Below, one piece after another: positions 1-12,617 of a DNA stretch of 64,000 bases. Both the position numbers and the translations under genes were made by a program. Where the stretch lies: assembly GCA_026936335.1 (NCBI GenBank), contig JAPMXV010000036.1, positions 124,001 to 188,000 on the forward strand, written 5' to 3'. This stretch comes from Mantamonas sphyraenae STR306 (taxonomy: Eukaryota > Protista > CRuMs). The notes under the pieces were generated by a model. The model was not told the DNA's origin. It saw only the letters and a program-made list of their open reading frames with translations, and searched no databases. Each line of letters begins with the position of its first letter. Position 1 is the first letter of the stretch.

Positions 1-1866
1 TACCCGTGTGCCCGCGAGTACATGTGGCAATCCTTCATCGCCAACGATCTCGACGCCATCGAATGCTTCCAGACCGGATGCACCTGTGTGTTTTCCCGCC
101 AGGAGATCGGCGTCATGTGTCGCTACGAGGAAGATTCGGCCGACGACAAACAGCAGGAGCTCATACGTGCCTTTGGCATCCTTGCCACCGGTGGCCGTTG
201 GGTGCCTCCATCTCGCTTCCGCACCTCTCAACCCCGCCAAGGCACACCAGCAACCCAGTCACAACCAGAACCACAACCAGAGCCCCACATGGGCATCGTC
301 GTTCGTCACCCATCCGACGGCACCCAGGTTGGCCTGGTCGAATACACCGCCGCCCACCGCCTTGACTCTGTCAGCCTGGACAATGCAGTCGTCCAGGAGT
401 GCGACCGATGCAAGGCAAAGGTGAAGGACACGGGCTTCTACTGTCCCGAATGCGTGCACCTCCTGTGCTTGGAATGCATGTTTGCCGTCCACGACACTGT
501 CGATGGCCACAATCCCAAGATGCTTGCAGAGGCGCTGGCCGAACATGCGGCGCGTCGTAGCGCACGGCCACATGGAAGCATCCCCGCCAACAATGGCGCC
601 ACCACCGGTGATTCACAGCGAGACAACGAGGGCAATGACAATGCCACAGTGGTGGTGGTTGCCCCCGAACCGGAACCGGAGCCAGAACCGGAACCGGAAC
701 CGGAACCGCCTGCGTTTCCGTGTGTTGTGTGTCACACCGAATACCCAGAGCCTGTGGCAGCGGTGCATGATGACCACACTGTGTGTGAGGGATGCATGAG
801 CAAGGCCGTGCAAAAGGCCATTGGCAACAGCACACTGCAGCAGATGCATTGTCCGGAGCCCGAGTGCGGCGTCTCTTGCGACTTTGAGACCATTGTGCGT
901 GTGGTGAGCGACGTGGCACTCAAGGAGCAGGTGGCAGCGGAGTATTGGAAGGACCCGCCACAGACCTACGAGTGTTCCGTGTGCCTCGATGACGATCTGG
1001 AGTTGGAGGACATGCGCACGCTGGATTGCGACCATCGCTTCTGCGAGGATTGTCTGTGCAGGAACTTTGAGGAGCGCATCAGCACACGCACCACACAGAT
1101 GGTGTGCATGCAGGCTGGCTGCCAGGTGCCCATTGCCCAAGCCCTCGTCCAGGACATCCTCACCAACAATGGCAAGGCCGATCTCTTTGCCACCTTTGAG
1201 ACCTTTCAACTCGAGGATCGCTTCTTGCGCAAGCACGGCGAGTATTGCCCGCTGTGCCACTCAGGTTACGTCACCGAAGGCCTCAACCCTGAGGTCAAGC
1301 GCGTGACCTGTCCCAACTGCCGCGAGTCCATCTGCCGCTCCTGTGCAGTGCAGTGGCACACCGACATGACCTGTGCTGATTACGTGTCCACGTTTCGCAA
1401 TCCCAACGCAGAAAGCGACCGCCGCTGGCTGGAGCGCTTCACAAAGGCGTGTCCCGAGTGCAGGACGCCCGTGCTGTACATGGACGAGGAGAACAGGCCC
1501 AAGGAGGCGTGCAACCACATGACATGCGGTGCCTGCGACCACGAGTTTTGCATGATTTGCCTCGAGGCATACAAGACCGGCCACTACTCACGCGACACCA
1601 CCGAGTGTCCCATTTCCAACATCAAGATCTACCAGGACAAGAACGAGGGCCACATTGTCAAGATGAAGGAGAGCCATCCCTTCAACAGCTTCACCGTGGC
1701 ACGCTACGACCCGCAGCAGCCCGACGACGCCGCCGAGCTCAAACCAGACAAGCGGACGGTTGTCATTCATGTCAATTCTACAAACAATCTCATCTTCCAG
1801 GTTGTCTGTCCCAAGGGCCCCTGTCCCTACGAAATCTACGACAGCGCGGAACTGGCCGCCGAGTGA
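1..1866 (+). CDS. RBR (RING1-IBR-RING2) E3 ubiquitin ligase with a B-box and extra RING1-like domains; 5'-truncated by the window edge
   Basis: Frame is open from base 1 (YPCAREYMWQSF..IECFQTGC = end of a RING1-like unit). Then B-box CDRC..YCPEC..LCLEC..VH..GH, a PEPEPE linker, two RING1-like domains, IBR (CPLC..CPNC..CRSC..WH..MTC) and RING2 with catalytic ACNHMTC. Confidence 0.9.
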   Translation, partial: YPCAREYMWQSFIANDLDAIECFQTGCTCVFSRQEIGVMCRYEEDSADDKQQELIRAFGILATGGRWVPPSRFRTSQPRQGTPATQSQPEPQPEPHMGIVVRHPSDGTQVGLVEYTAAHRLDSVSLDNAVVQECDRCKAKVKDTGFYCPECVHLLCLECMFAVHDTVDGHNPKMLAEALAEHAARRSARPHGSIPANNGATTGDSQRDNEGNDNATVVVVAPEPEPEPEPEPEPEPPAFPCVVCHTEYPEPVAAVHDDHTVCEGCMSKAVQKAIGNSTLQQMHCPEPECGVSCDFETIVRVVSDVALKEQVAAEYWKDPPQTYECSVCLDDDLELEDMRTLDCDHRFCEDCLCRNFEERISTRTTQMVCMQAGCQVPIAQALVQDILTNNGKADLFATFETFQLEDRFLRKHGEYCPLCHSGYVTEGLNPEVKRVTCPNCRESICRSCAVQWHTDMTCADYVSTFRNPNAESDRRWLERFTKACPECRTPVLYMDEENRPKEACNHMTCGACDHEFCMICLEAYKTGHYSRDTTECPISNIKIYQDKNEGHIVKMKESHPFNSFTVARYDPQQPDDAAELKPDKRTVVIHVNSTNNLIFQVVCPKGPCPYEIYDSAELAAE

Positions 1867-1894
1867 GCGCCCACTGAGCGCCCACGCTGCTGCC

Positions 1895-4800
1895 TCACTC
1901 GCGCTCGTACAGGCAATAGAACACATTCGTACACACGCGATGCTCGTGATCCTCCTTGTCCGCACCGTGCACCTGCATGCGCGCCTCGTCCTCCCTGTTG
2001 TTGCGCACCTTGTCAAACAGTGTTTTGACCCCGCGTTCTTCCGTCACCATCGGCACCGAGTTGGGCTCGGCGCTCGTTCGCCATCGAGTCAAAGTGGAAC
2101 CAACGATCCGAGCTCTGCTCACGCACGTAGCTGGTAAAGTGACCCGTGCCGATGGCCAGCACCGCAAACAGACGCATGCGTGTGTCGCCCTGCCCCGATC
2201 CACCCTGTGTCGTTGTTCCTCCTGCACTGCCTCCTGCCTCCTGCACTTCCTCCTGCGCTGCCTCCGCTTCCGCCGCCACTGCCTCCGCCGTTGCCACCCT
2301 CGGAGAACAGCACGTTCGCCAAATCGAGGACTGGCGAGGGAAGGATGGCGTCAAAGGTTTTGAACGTCTTGCCGTGACGAGGCATCTGTACAATGAGCAC
2401 ATCGGGCACGTGGTCGATCATAACCTGTGTGCTCTCTGCGTTGAGTTCCACCAGCTGCTGCACAGTGGGCAGCTCCTGCTGCTCCATACTCTTCTTCATC
2501 TTTTCGTCAATCAACAGGGACAACAGGTAGGACTGTGACAACACCTTGCTGTTGTGGTCGTGCATGTCCAACAGCGGCGCCACTCCCAGCGTGGCAAACA
2601 CCCTGTTCAGGAATTCGTCCACATCACGCTCGTCGCACTCCTCGTCTGGGATGTTGCCCGGCAGCACGTTGTTCAGCAGGCGCCTCCACGGCGACACCGT
2701 CGTGCGAGGCACCCACATGCGCGTGCGCAACGTGTTGACAATGTCCCGCAGACGCTTCTGGAATTCCCGTGCTCCGTCGTCGGCCACAGGGCTGTTCAGC
2801 ATCTTGTCGTCAAACACGTCCGTGAACGCAAACATGCCAAACAGCGTGGCGTCGATGTAGCACGAGTTGTTGAATCCCTGAATGCCCCTCAGGAAGCCCA
2901 GCATGTTGTGTGTGACGTACCCCACAGCTGGCACCACCTCATCCTCGCCAAACGCCGCCTCGTCATCTTCGATCTTGCTCGGGCCCAGGCGCCGGTCGTA
3001 CAGCGGCTCGCGCTGGTGATAGGACTTGAGCATGTGTTGGGACAGGTCACAGGATCGGCAAAACATCCGGTTGTTGCAGCTCTTGCAGTACACGGCCGCC
3101 ATGGGTTTGTGGCAGCTGCTGCAATACCAGTACAGCTCGTTGCTGTTGCCCATGTACTGGATCAGCGAATCATTGATGGCGTCCGTTGTGCCCTTGTCCG
3201 CCTTGTCATTACCCTCGTCGCCCTCACCTGCCGCCTTCTTCTTCGGTCGCGTCGTCTTTTCCAACTTGGATGTGCGATGCGAGTGCAGGTAGCAGATGTC
3301 GTCGCAGCAGTACTCGCAATAGTCCTTTTTGCAGAACGAGCAGTGTTTGCTCGCCACAATGTTCTTGCAATACTCGCAGATGATGTCCTCCTCCTCCTCC
3401 ACATCTGCTTCCTTCTCGCCCGCGCCGCCCTTGCCTCCTCCGATGCCGTCGCTAGGAGGCTGCACTTCCACCTTCCCCTTGCCCTTTCGGTCCATGTGCC
3501 ACGCCGGATCCACCAGCGAGTCGATGTCCTCCACGGGCAGTTCGCCGACACTGTCCTCGTGCTCCAACGTGGGCGCCTTGGGCAGGCTGCTCTTGTCAAA
3601 GTGCAGCTCAATCACAGGGTGCGCATCTGCACGCCGTTCGCCACGTACAACCGAGTCGCACTCGCGACAAAGCGACTGCATGTTCAGCATCGAGTACACC
3701 ACTGCGGGCTTCTGCTTGTGCTTCCCACCACCAAAGCACCGCTGGCACAGCGTGGAGGCCGCAAGGTCCTCAAAGCGCACATGCAGACTCAGTCGCCCCT
3801 TGGCGTGTGCCTCGGAGCAGCACTGCACGCAGTAGTCTGCCGCACAGTTCAGGCAGCGCACGGCTGCGTTTTGCGCCTGGCACATGTAGCACTTGCCAAA
3901 CCGAGGCACAAACGCACTCACACTCAGCTGCTGCGGCGCTTCAATCATCCGCTCCAGCTCGTTGTCCTTGTCCGAGTTGACACGCACCAAGCCAGACGAC
4001 GACGATGATGATGATGAGGAGGAGGAGGAGGGGGAAGACGACGAGGCCCCACCTGTCCCGCCCTGGCTTTCGCTCACATCCAACGCCACCAACTGCTGGC
4101 GCACAGTGTCCAGGTACGCATCCTCGGCATTGGTCACGGCCATGACGAGTTGGATCTCCGGGTCGAGTTCTTCGGTATCTGCGTCACCATCTCCGTCAAA
4201 CAGAGATCGGTTCTCCCACGCGGTGTACGCCTCGAGCTGTGCCTGCGAAACGGCATCCGGGTTGAGAACGCACACACGATGGTGGTCGCGCAAGGCATCG
4301 ATAGACCCCTTGAAAGCGCTGCAGTGGCGACACGTGATGGGTTTGGACAGGCAGACGTTCTGATGGTCACACGGCTGGTACTCCTGGCAGTGGGGACACA
4401 GTTGGATGCACGTGCGCTTGTGCTCGTCGAGATTGCGTCGAGGCACAGAGACGAGACACAGCGGGCATTGCACAGGGCGCATGGCACACTGTGAATCCAG
4501 GTGTTCCTGCATCTCGTACTGCGGCTGTGCTTTGCCACAAAAGCGACACTCCACGGTGCGGTCGGCACACATCTGCTTGTGTGCTTCGAGCTCGGCCGCA
4601 ACAAACTTGCGATGGCAATGCGGACAGTCGACAACCCTGTCCAGGCATTCGTTCAGCATGTGGCTCTCCAAGTGCACCTCCCCCACCTGACTCTTGCACC
4701 ACGGACACTGGGCAAACTTGATGGAGCAGCCGCGGTCCAGATGGTGGTTCATCATGCTCATGCGCATCTTTTCGTCACACATGGGACACTCGACCAGTTT

Positions 4801-7371
4801 GTCCGGATTCTGTGTGCACTCGTTGGCGCTGTGTTCACGCATCTTGTTGTGTTGCACCATTTCACGGCAGTCAAAGCATTCCTCCATGCGAAACGGGCAG
4901 CTGAAGCGCTTGTGGTAGTCGCGGTCCGAGCGCGTCATCATCTGGTTGCAGTCGGGGCACGGGTAGCGCTTGTACGGGTTGCTGTCGCACTCGTCCTCGT
5001 GCATCGACTTGTCCTCGCGCACAACCTCCTCGTGGCAGTACCTGCACTTGACCAGCTGCCGCGGGCACCGGTAGTCCAAGTGGAAGGGCAGGTCGCGTTT
5101 GGGCATGGTGTCGCCACACAAGTTGGGACACGGCCGTGGCTTCATGTTGCACTGCTCCATGTGCACCAACACCTCGTCCTTGGGATACTTGGTCCACTCC
5201 CACGACGGACAGTAGGGGCATTTGAACTTGGCCCGCGGATTCTGCTGGCTCACCTCCTCCAGATGCCGTCCGAAACACTCGGGTGTGTGCTCCTGCATCT
5301 CGTCCATGGGCAGATTCTCCGAACAGAACGCACACGTTTGCATGCGTCGCTTGCAATCGTTCTCCGTGTGCCACTGCTCCCTGCGCTTTTGCAGCGTCTC
5401 GCCGCACCCTTGCGGACACTCGATTTCACGATAGTCGCACGTCTTGACGTGGTTCTCCAGGTCCTCCGCCATAATCATGTTTGTGCGCAGTTCAGGACAG
5501 TATGGACAGTTCACCAGGCGTTTCGGACACGTTTCCCTGCTGTGTGCGCGCAGCTCATAGTTGGACACAAACTCCTCTTGGCAATCCATGCAGCGGAAGG
5601 GTGTGCGTGAGCCCAGGTTGCCCGTACCTCCCAGAGTGCCTGCACCGGCACGCTGTCCTCCCAGGCCAACGCCTCCGTACGTGCCGGGCAGCATGTTTTC
5701 CTCATCCTCGCTGTCTGCGTTGGCATCCAAGATGCCACTGCCTCCGTACGCCAGGTCCATACCCTCGCCTACGTGTGTGGTCCCATCCCTGTGCGACGGG
5801 TCTGCTTCGCTCTCACTCGCCATGGTGTCGACCTCGGCGGCGCCTGCCACGCCCGTCACGCCTCCCTCCCCGGCCGTGGCTCCAGCCTCCTTTGCCGGAC
5901 ACTTCAATTCGTGCCAGTCCATGTCCTTGAGGGCCACGTTTTCGCCGCAGTAGATGCAAGGGAACAGCCGGTGGTCGCAGAAGCTCTCGTGCTCCTCCAA
6001 GCTCTCTGCAGCCATCATGGGTGCGTAGGAAGGACAGTACTGGCAGCGGACGGAGCGTTTCACACAATCCCGAGTGCGGTGCGTGTGCATGGCGTTGTGT
6101 TTGACCTTTTCGTGGCACCGGCCACACTCCACGGTGCGTTCCGGGCAGTAACCACGCATGTGCGTCTCCCTGTTGCTGGTCAGGCTCAAAGTCTGGTCAC
6201 ACTGCGGACAGTAGCGCTTGCACTCCTTCAGGTGCTCCTCCGTGCTGTTCGAATGCGACGTGAAACAGTGCGAGCAGAAGCCGTTTCCCTGGCCACCCGC
6301 CAGATTCGAGGCCAACGTGGCCTCCTGTTCGTCAGAATGCTCGCTGCCCAGGGGCACCTCGTCAAAGTTGGACACCACCGGCGCCTGCAACGGCGCGCCG
6401 TCGTACATGGGCTGGATGGCGTCGGAATCGTCTGCGTCAAACACCTCGTCGTCGTCCTCGGAGGGCCCGTCGCACATGGTCACGTGCGTGCGCATCATCA
6501 TGTTGCTGTACATCTTGCCGCACATGGGGCACGCGCAGCTGTGCTTTCCTGTAATCTCCCGGTGTGTCCCTTTGGCGTAGCAAAAGAAGCACTCCTCCTC
6601 TCGCTCGGGGCACCGCTCGCGCATGTGATCCACCATCGTCGCAGTCGGCACCAGCGCACTGCACTGTTCGCATGCACTGTACACGCTGGTGCTGCTGTCG
6701 GTCGTCTTTCCTTTCCCTTTGTCGTTCAGCCAGTCGTTGTCTTCGTACTGCGGATACGTCGTGCCCAAACACGTCTCGGCATGCTCAAATGCCTCCTCCA
6801 GCGAGCGCATCAGGCCCATGCAGTCCTGGCACTGGCATGAATGGTCCTTCATGACGAGATAATCACCTGCGAGGTGTGGTGTGGTGTGCGCGGTGAGTGT
6901 GTGAGCAACGGCGGAATTCACCCTTTTCCCGCCAAACGCTGTTCCTTTTCCCGCGCGATTGCTCTCCATGCACACGCAGCCCCTCTACACGCGCCACAGC
7001 GACAGAGTAGAGCCCGAATTGGCGACGCGGATGTGTTTGGAGCTCTGTGGACAGTGTGCAACTCCATATCGGCGCGTGCAAACCGCAGGCGCCCTCCCGT
7101 GATCACAAGAGTGCTTCAACCTACCGCTTTTGGAGCACAGGGGACATCTGGGCACACAGTGGAGCTGCTTGTGGTCTGACAGCTTGATGCGTACGACGGG
7201 TTTGTGGCACTGATCGCATTCCACCTGGGCCTGTGGACAACGATCACGGTGCGCCTCAAGGTCGTCAAACTTGTTCAGGCAGTGGCTGCAGTACGACTTT
7301 TCGCACGTCTCCTCGTGCTCCTCCCACTCATCCTCCATGAAGTAGTGTCTGCACACAGGGCACGTGGGCAT
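1895..7371 (-). CDS. CYLD-type USP deubiquitinase with a long TRAF-type Zn-finger array and B-boxes (CYLD-like 1)
   Basis: Exon 1 7371-7125, intron 7124-6867 (GTAGGT..CTCGCAG). CYLD motifs GIQGFNNSCYIDATLFGMFAF, VQMPRHGKTFK, LFAVLAIGTGHF, WFHFDSMA and C-terminal NVFYCLYERE. Two single-base frameshifts (~2237, ~2077) must be corrected to join the catalytic domain. Confidence 0.85.
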
Positions 7372-7425
7372 CTGCGTGCGATGTGTGGCCGGAAATGGGT
7401 TGCGCTGGGAATCGCAGACACTCTT

Positions 7426-9222
7426 TCATTCCATCTCTGAAAACACACACACGTGTGCGTCATACGTAAACCTGTGGCAGTGGGAATAGTTGCCTGCTGT
7501 CTGCACGTGTTCCTCAATCGCCTTGCGCTTACGTTTGCGCGGCGACATGGCAAGCAACGTGTCAATCTCTGGCACGAGCGTCAGCTGCGGCATGTTGTTG
7601 TCTCCAAACCTGTCGGCCATGCTGTCAAAGAAGCACCATCCGGCAGGAGTGTTGACGTATGCTACAAAGTGCGAGGTGCCGATGCACAGGACGCTTTCCA
7701 GTTTCAAGGTGAGCGATTCCTCCTCGTCCTCGCCTTGCTCCTGCGCCACACAGCCACGCAAGTCCAACTGTGCCACGGGGAGAATGCTATCAAACACTTT
7801 GTAGTCCTTGCCAAAGCGGGGCATCTGCATGACGAGAACGCGAGGACGATGTGCAAAGCACAGGCGCTCGCTTTTAAGGAAGCCCAGCAACAGCTCGCGA
7901 ACGCTGGGCATGGCTGCGTACTCCTCCTTGTGGGTTTCATCCACAAACAGGTGAAGCATGTGCATGGATTGGGCCACACCTGCGTCGATGGCATCGGCGT
8001 TGGCCAACTGTACGTATGCAGGCGCCTGCAATTGCTCCCAGAGCACACTCAGTAGCTCCTCCACATCCCTTTCCTGGCATTCCTTGCGCGGATCGTTGTG
8101 GGGCAGCGACTGCGACAACATCAGCCGCCAGTCAAAGACATTCGACTTTGGCACAAACATTCGCGAGCGCAGCACATTGACAATATCTGTGCGCAGTGTG
8201 GCTGCAAACATGTCCTCGTTTCCACTGCTGCTACCGCTCGATTGAGGTTGCAACAGGTGGTCAAACGCGCTGCTGAACGCGTACATGGCCATCAGGGTGG
8301 CATCCAAGTAGCAGGAATTGTTGTCTGCTTGGATGCCCCTCCACGCGCCCACCATGCTCTTGTCCACCTGTGTTGCTACACTGACCAGTCCCGTGGCACG
8401 CACCTCGATGGGTGTCTCGGGAACCTCTGCCACGGGCCCCCATGATTCGTGCACCTTGACCACCGCGTGCGTCATGTCTCCAAACGACGATTCACTGGTC
8501 ATGGTACGATCCAGTGCCCCAGGATGCGCGTTGCTGCCCTGGCTGTGGTGTCCATTGACATGTGCGCTGCTGCTGGAGCCACCACCACCGGTGCTCTCTG
8601 CAGTTGGCAACTCCAGCACATCGTGGCCCTTTGCTCGGTGTGCACGGGGCCAACACGCTTCGCAGGACCATACACGACACTGGCGACATGTGTGCACGGC
8701 CAGGTTGAGTTTACACTGCATACACAGACCTCCGCCGTGCACAAAGGCAAACGCGTTGTGGTTTTGCCGCCTTCCCTTTTGGTGCACACTCGCGTGGCAG
8801 GCCACACAACGGATGCACTCGCACGTTGCACATTCCACCCAAGCTTCGTCGTTTCCACACGTGTCGCACATGGGCACAGCCCATCTGTCCGTCTCTTCCT
8901 CCTCACTCCTCTTCTTCCTCCTCTTCTGCTTGCTCTTCGCTCACCACATCCACCTCTGCAGCCGCCTCTGATGCAGACTGTTGCAATGCCAACGCCAGAG
9001 CTTCCTCCTCGTCCATGTCTGCACCCTGCATCTCTGCCACCAGCCGTTCTTCCGCCTCTGCCTTGCTCGCTGCCATCGCTCTCTCCAATTGTCGCTCCTC
9101 TTCACGCACAGCACTGCGTGTGCGTGCTGAAATGCGATCCAGCCCTGCCGAGCTGCCCAGTGCATCCGAGATTTGGTGGCCCTTGCCTGCACCCCCGCTT
9201 CCGCGGGCATTCCCACTGTTGG

Positions 9223-9253
<31 letters not shown>

Positions 9254-9627
9254 TTTCTTCTTCTTGCCAGTGCCAGTGCCTCCAGTAGTGCTTGCGGAGC
9301 CTGTGGAAGCATTGTCGTCGATGTCGTCTGTCAGTCGGCCCTCCAACGACGCTGCGTAGAGCCCGTCGTCCAATTCCAGCTCGCTTGCTTCCTCGCCTAG
9401 CCCACCCGCGCCATTGTCTTTGCTTCCATCTGCCCAATCTCTTCATTGTCTTCCCCATCGGCTATTTCGTCTGCCGACCAGGTGATGGCCCCCACCAACG
9501 AGTCCATGAACCCGCCCTTTGCCGCACCTGCGTCCTCTTCCACGTCGTCCACCTCTTCAGGTTGCGGCTTTGGCCTATTTTGGCCATCGCCCTTTTCTAC
9601 ACTCCCGTTCCCTTTCCCGTTGGCCAT
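7426..9627 (-). CDS. CYLD-type USP deubiquitinase with two UIMs, poly-Lys and two B-boxes (CYLD-like 2)
   Basis: GIQADNNSCYLDATLMAMYAF, MQMPRFGKDYKVF, LCIGTSHF, FFDSMADR. Upstream ORFs 9397-9627 and 8903-9373 (UIMs EERQLERAMAAS, EEEALALALQQS) join in frame after 1-nt corrections at ~9433 and ~8905. Confidence 0.8.
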
Positions 9628-9737
9628 GAGTCCTGTGGCTGTTGGCAAAGGGGGGGGTGGAGAGAGCGTATGTGTTGGACTTGGCGATGCTGCGCACCCA
9701 CGGGATGCAGCACAAACACAAACCAACAAACACACGT

Positions 9738-12583
9738 ATGGAGCTTGCAGAGATCGGCATGGTGGACGGGGTCACCACGCCGAGCCCAGGCAGGTCATCT
9801 CACCCGTCTCCGACCGACAGAGGCTCAGGTCGCCGGCCGGGTTCCAGACGCAGCACACCCACGCTGAAAAGCCACGTGGACAGCGTCGTTGATCTCATGC
9901 GTGCTCAGAACGAAGAGGAAGAAGAACAAGGTGCGTGAACGGGTGGACTTCCCACACATGACGCCGTAGGGGTTGCCTTGCTGACTCTCCCTCCGGGCTC
10001 CTTTCAGAAGAGAAATACCGCATTGCAGACCTGCTGGTCATTCTCAACCTTCGAATCTCTCGCAAACGTACGTTGGAGGGTGTGTGGCGCCGCAAGGTGG
10101 CGTGTGTATGGATGTGTGCGCGTCGACAAAGGGCAACTGACGCAAAACGCTTCCCCTGCTCTGGTTCTCTCGCGTCCTCTGTAGGCCTGTTTAAGGACTT
10201 TCTCATCTACCTCTTCTTCATCATTGTCTTTATCGTCCAGCTGACGCTGGCACGCAATGTGATGGCCAGTCACCAAATGGAACTGGCACTGAAGGCCGCC
10301 AGTGGGTTTGCGTTGTTGATCCATCGCCGCGTTTGGCCGTTTCAAACCGCTCGTGCACACTCACACACACCAACGCACATGCACACACATGCACACTGCA
10401 CACATCGCATGCCATCCGCCACCTACGATGCAGTTGTGGAGGAGGAATTCCCGGACCTGCCTGTAGAAAAGGCGTACGGAGACATCACAAAGACGGAGGA
10501 GTTCTGGCAATGGGTCAAGGGCCCTCTGCTGGAGGCACTGACCACGACCACGTTTGAGAACGACAAAGCGCTGCCGCCGCAGATGCGCTACTATGTAAGC
10601 AACAAAAACCGGCTCATTGGAGGCATGCGCTTCCGACAGCTGCGTGCACGGCCCGAACCGTGTGCCAATGCAGACATGCGCCGGGTGTATCCCGTGTGTC
10701 TGCCTGCGTATGATCCCACCAACAGTGGCACGCCGCCACCTTTTGGGAAGTACAGGTACATGGAGACGCAACGTGGCAGTGCCACACACACGCCCACCGA
10801 GTTCAGCAAGATCACGCCGTCGTGGTACGAAGGCGGTGGGTACATTGCAGACATCAAGTTGCAGGCGCCCAACCGCACCGTGGCGGATGACTCGGATTTT
10901 CTGCCCAAGTACGTGGAGGCGCAGATTGACGCACTGATTGCGGACAACTTTTTCGATCGTGGCACACGCGTCATGTTCATCAGCTTCCTGGTGTACAATG
11001 GGAACAGCGACCACTTCATGCTGCCTCTGTTCATGGTGGAGACGGACGAGGGAGGTCGCTTGTCGCCGTTTTACACGATGAAGCCCTTCCGAGTGCGCAT
11101 GTATGTCACGGTGGAAGACTACGGACGCCTGGCCACCGAGCTGATCCTCATGGGGCTCATTGTGTACTTTACGGTGGCGGAGCTGCGTGAAATCTACTCG
11201 TTCTACCGCAAGGGACAGATCATGCTGTACTTTTCGTTCTGGAACGTGCTGGATCTGCTCAACCTGGCCTTCTTCTGGCTGGTGATTGTGTACCAGATTT
11301 CTTACCTGGCTCGTCCCATCCCTCCCTTCCTGGACGATCCCAACTACCGCGAGTACGCTCACATGGACGGCTGGGCGCGGGACTACGTGTCCATTGTCAA
11401 CTTTGCCTCGTTCAACGTCTTCCTCTCCTTCCTCAAGATCTTCAAGTTCTTGCAGGTGAGCGATCGCATGTCGCTGATCTGGAGGACGCTGAGTGTGGCG
11501 AGCACCGATCTGCTGGCGTACATGATGTTCTTCTTCATTGTGTTCCTGGGCTTCGCCACCATGGGCCACATCCAGTTTGGCAGCTCGATGCCGCAGTTCA
11601 AATCGTTCTACAACTCCATCATGACGTGCTTCAGCATGACGCTGGGCGACTTTGACCTGGAGGGGATGTCGCGTGTGAATCGTGTGTTGGGCCCCGTGTT
11701 CTACGTGCTGTTTGTGGTCCTGGTGTTCTTCATCCTGGTCAACATGTTCCTGGCCATCATCAACGACGCCTACCAGGAGGCGCACAAGAACCTGTCGAAA
11801 CTGGAGTTTTCGGACCAGATGACGCGTGCGTGGAACAAGATGCTGCGGCGCGTGCGCATGCGTACGCGAGAGTACGCACAGAACAGGGGACAGGACGAAG
11901 AGCTTCTGGACCGATTGAACAACATCGATGCGTTGCAACGCAGCAAGCACAAAGACCTGACCGAACGGAATCTGCGCCTTCGGTTTGGCAACTACGTCAG
12001 CGACAGGGAGTTTGAACGGCTCATGCGCCTGTATCACGTCCTGCACGACCGTGAGGGTTACCGGGAGCCTCTGAAGCGAGAGCGACGACGTCACGAGCGC
12101 AACCAGCGCAAGAAGCAGCGACAATTGCTGCGCTTCCGCTCGGCAGGTTCGACGTCTGCAGACGAGACGGACGAGATGAGGAGCGGCCACGGAGCATCGC
12201 AAGCGGACGGAGACAACATGTACAGCGAGGACGATGAGGATGGGAGCAGGGATAGCATGGACAACGGGTCGATGGAAGACACGGCGTTGGAAGAGGAGTG
12301 GGACTCGCTGTCAGAGGCCAGCGAGCCGGAGCCGGGCGAATTGGTGGCTGCCATGCAAACCATGGATGCCCGACAGCAGCGTATGGAACGGGAGATGGAC
12401 AAACTGTCGCGTATGTTGGGGGAGTTGAACACGTCGATGCAGCTGGTGGCGAAGCATCAGCACAGAATGCTGCATGGAAGTGGAAGTGGAAGTGGAAGTG
12501 GGAGTGGTGGTAGCAGCAGCAGCAGCAGCAGCAGCAGTGGTGCTGGTCGTGGAAGCAGGAGGAGCAGCGGGCGCGGTGGGTGA
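9738..12583 (+). CDS. PKD2: Polycystin-2 / TRPP family cation channel
   Basis: TOP-domain motifs ([36 protein letters not shown]), S2-S6 helices, pore ..TLGDFD.., [17 protein letters not shown]-terminal coiled coil. Introns 9931-10007, 10068-10184, 10302-10433. Confidence 0.9.
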
Positions 12584-12617
12584 AGCACGCAATCAACGAA
12601 TCCGTCCTTTGTCCAGC

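Noticed and set aside
667-707. GAACCG hexamer tandem repeat as a CRISPR-like or regulatory array
   Set aside because: It encodes a PEPEPE linker; the other short repeats are poly-Ser/Gln/Gly/Lys coding tracts or intronic microsatellites.
2077-9435. Programmed ribosomal frameshifting or RNA editing in the CYLD-like genes
   Set aside because: No shared slippery motif, shifts occur in both directions, and equivalent homopolymer indels occur in Rpn8 and the PPR gene; sequencing error is simpler.
8903-9735. Stand-alone UIM protein and a separate small acidic protein
   Set aside because: Both join CYLD-like 2 in frame after single-base corrections and leave no room for their own promoters.
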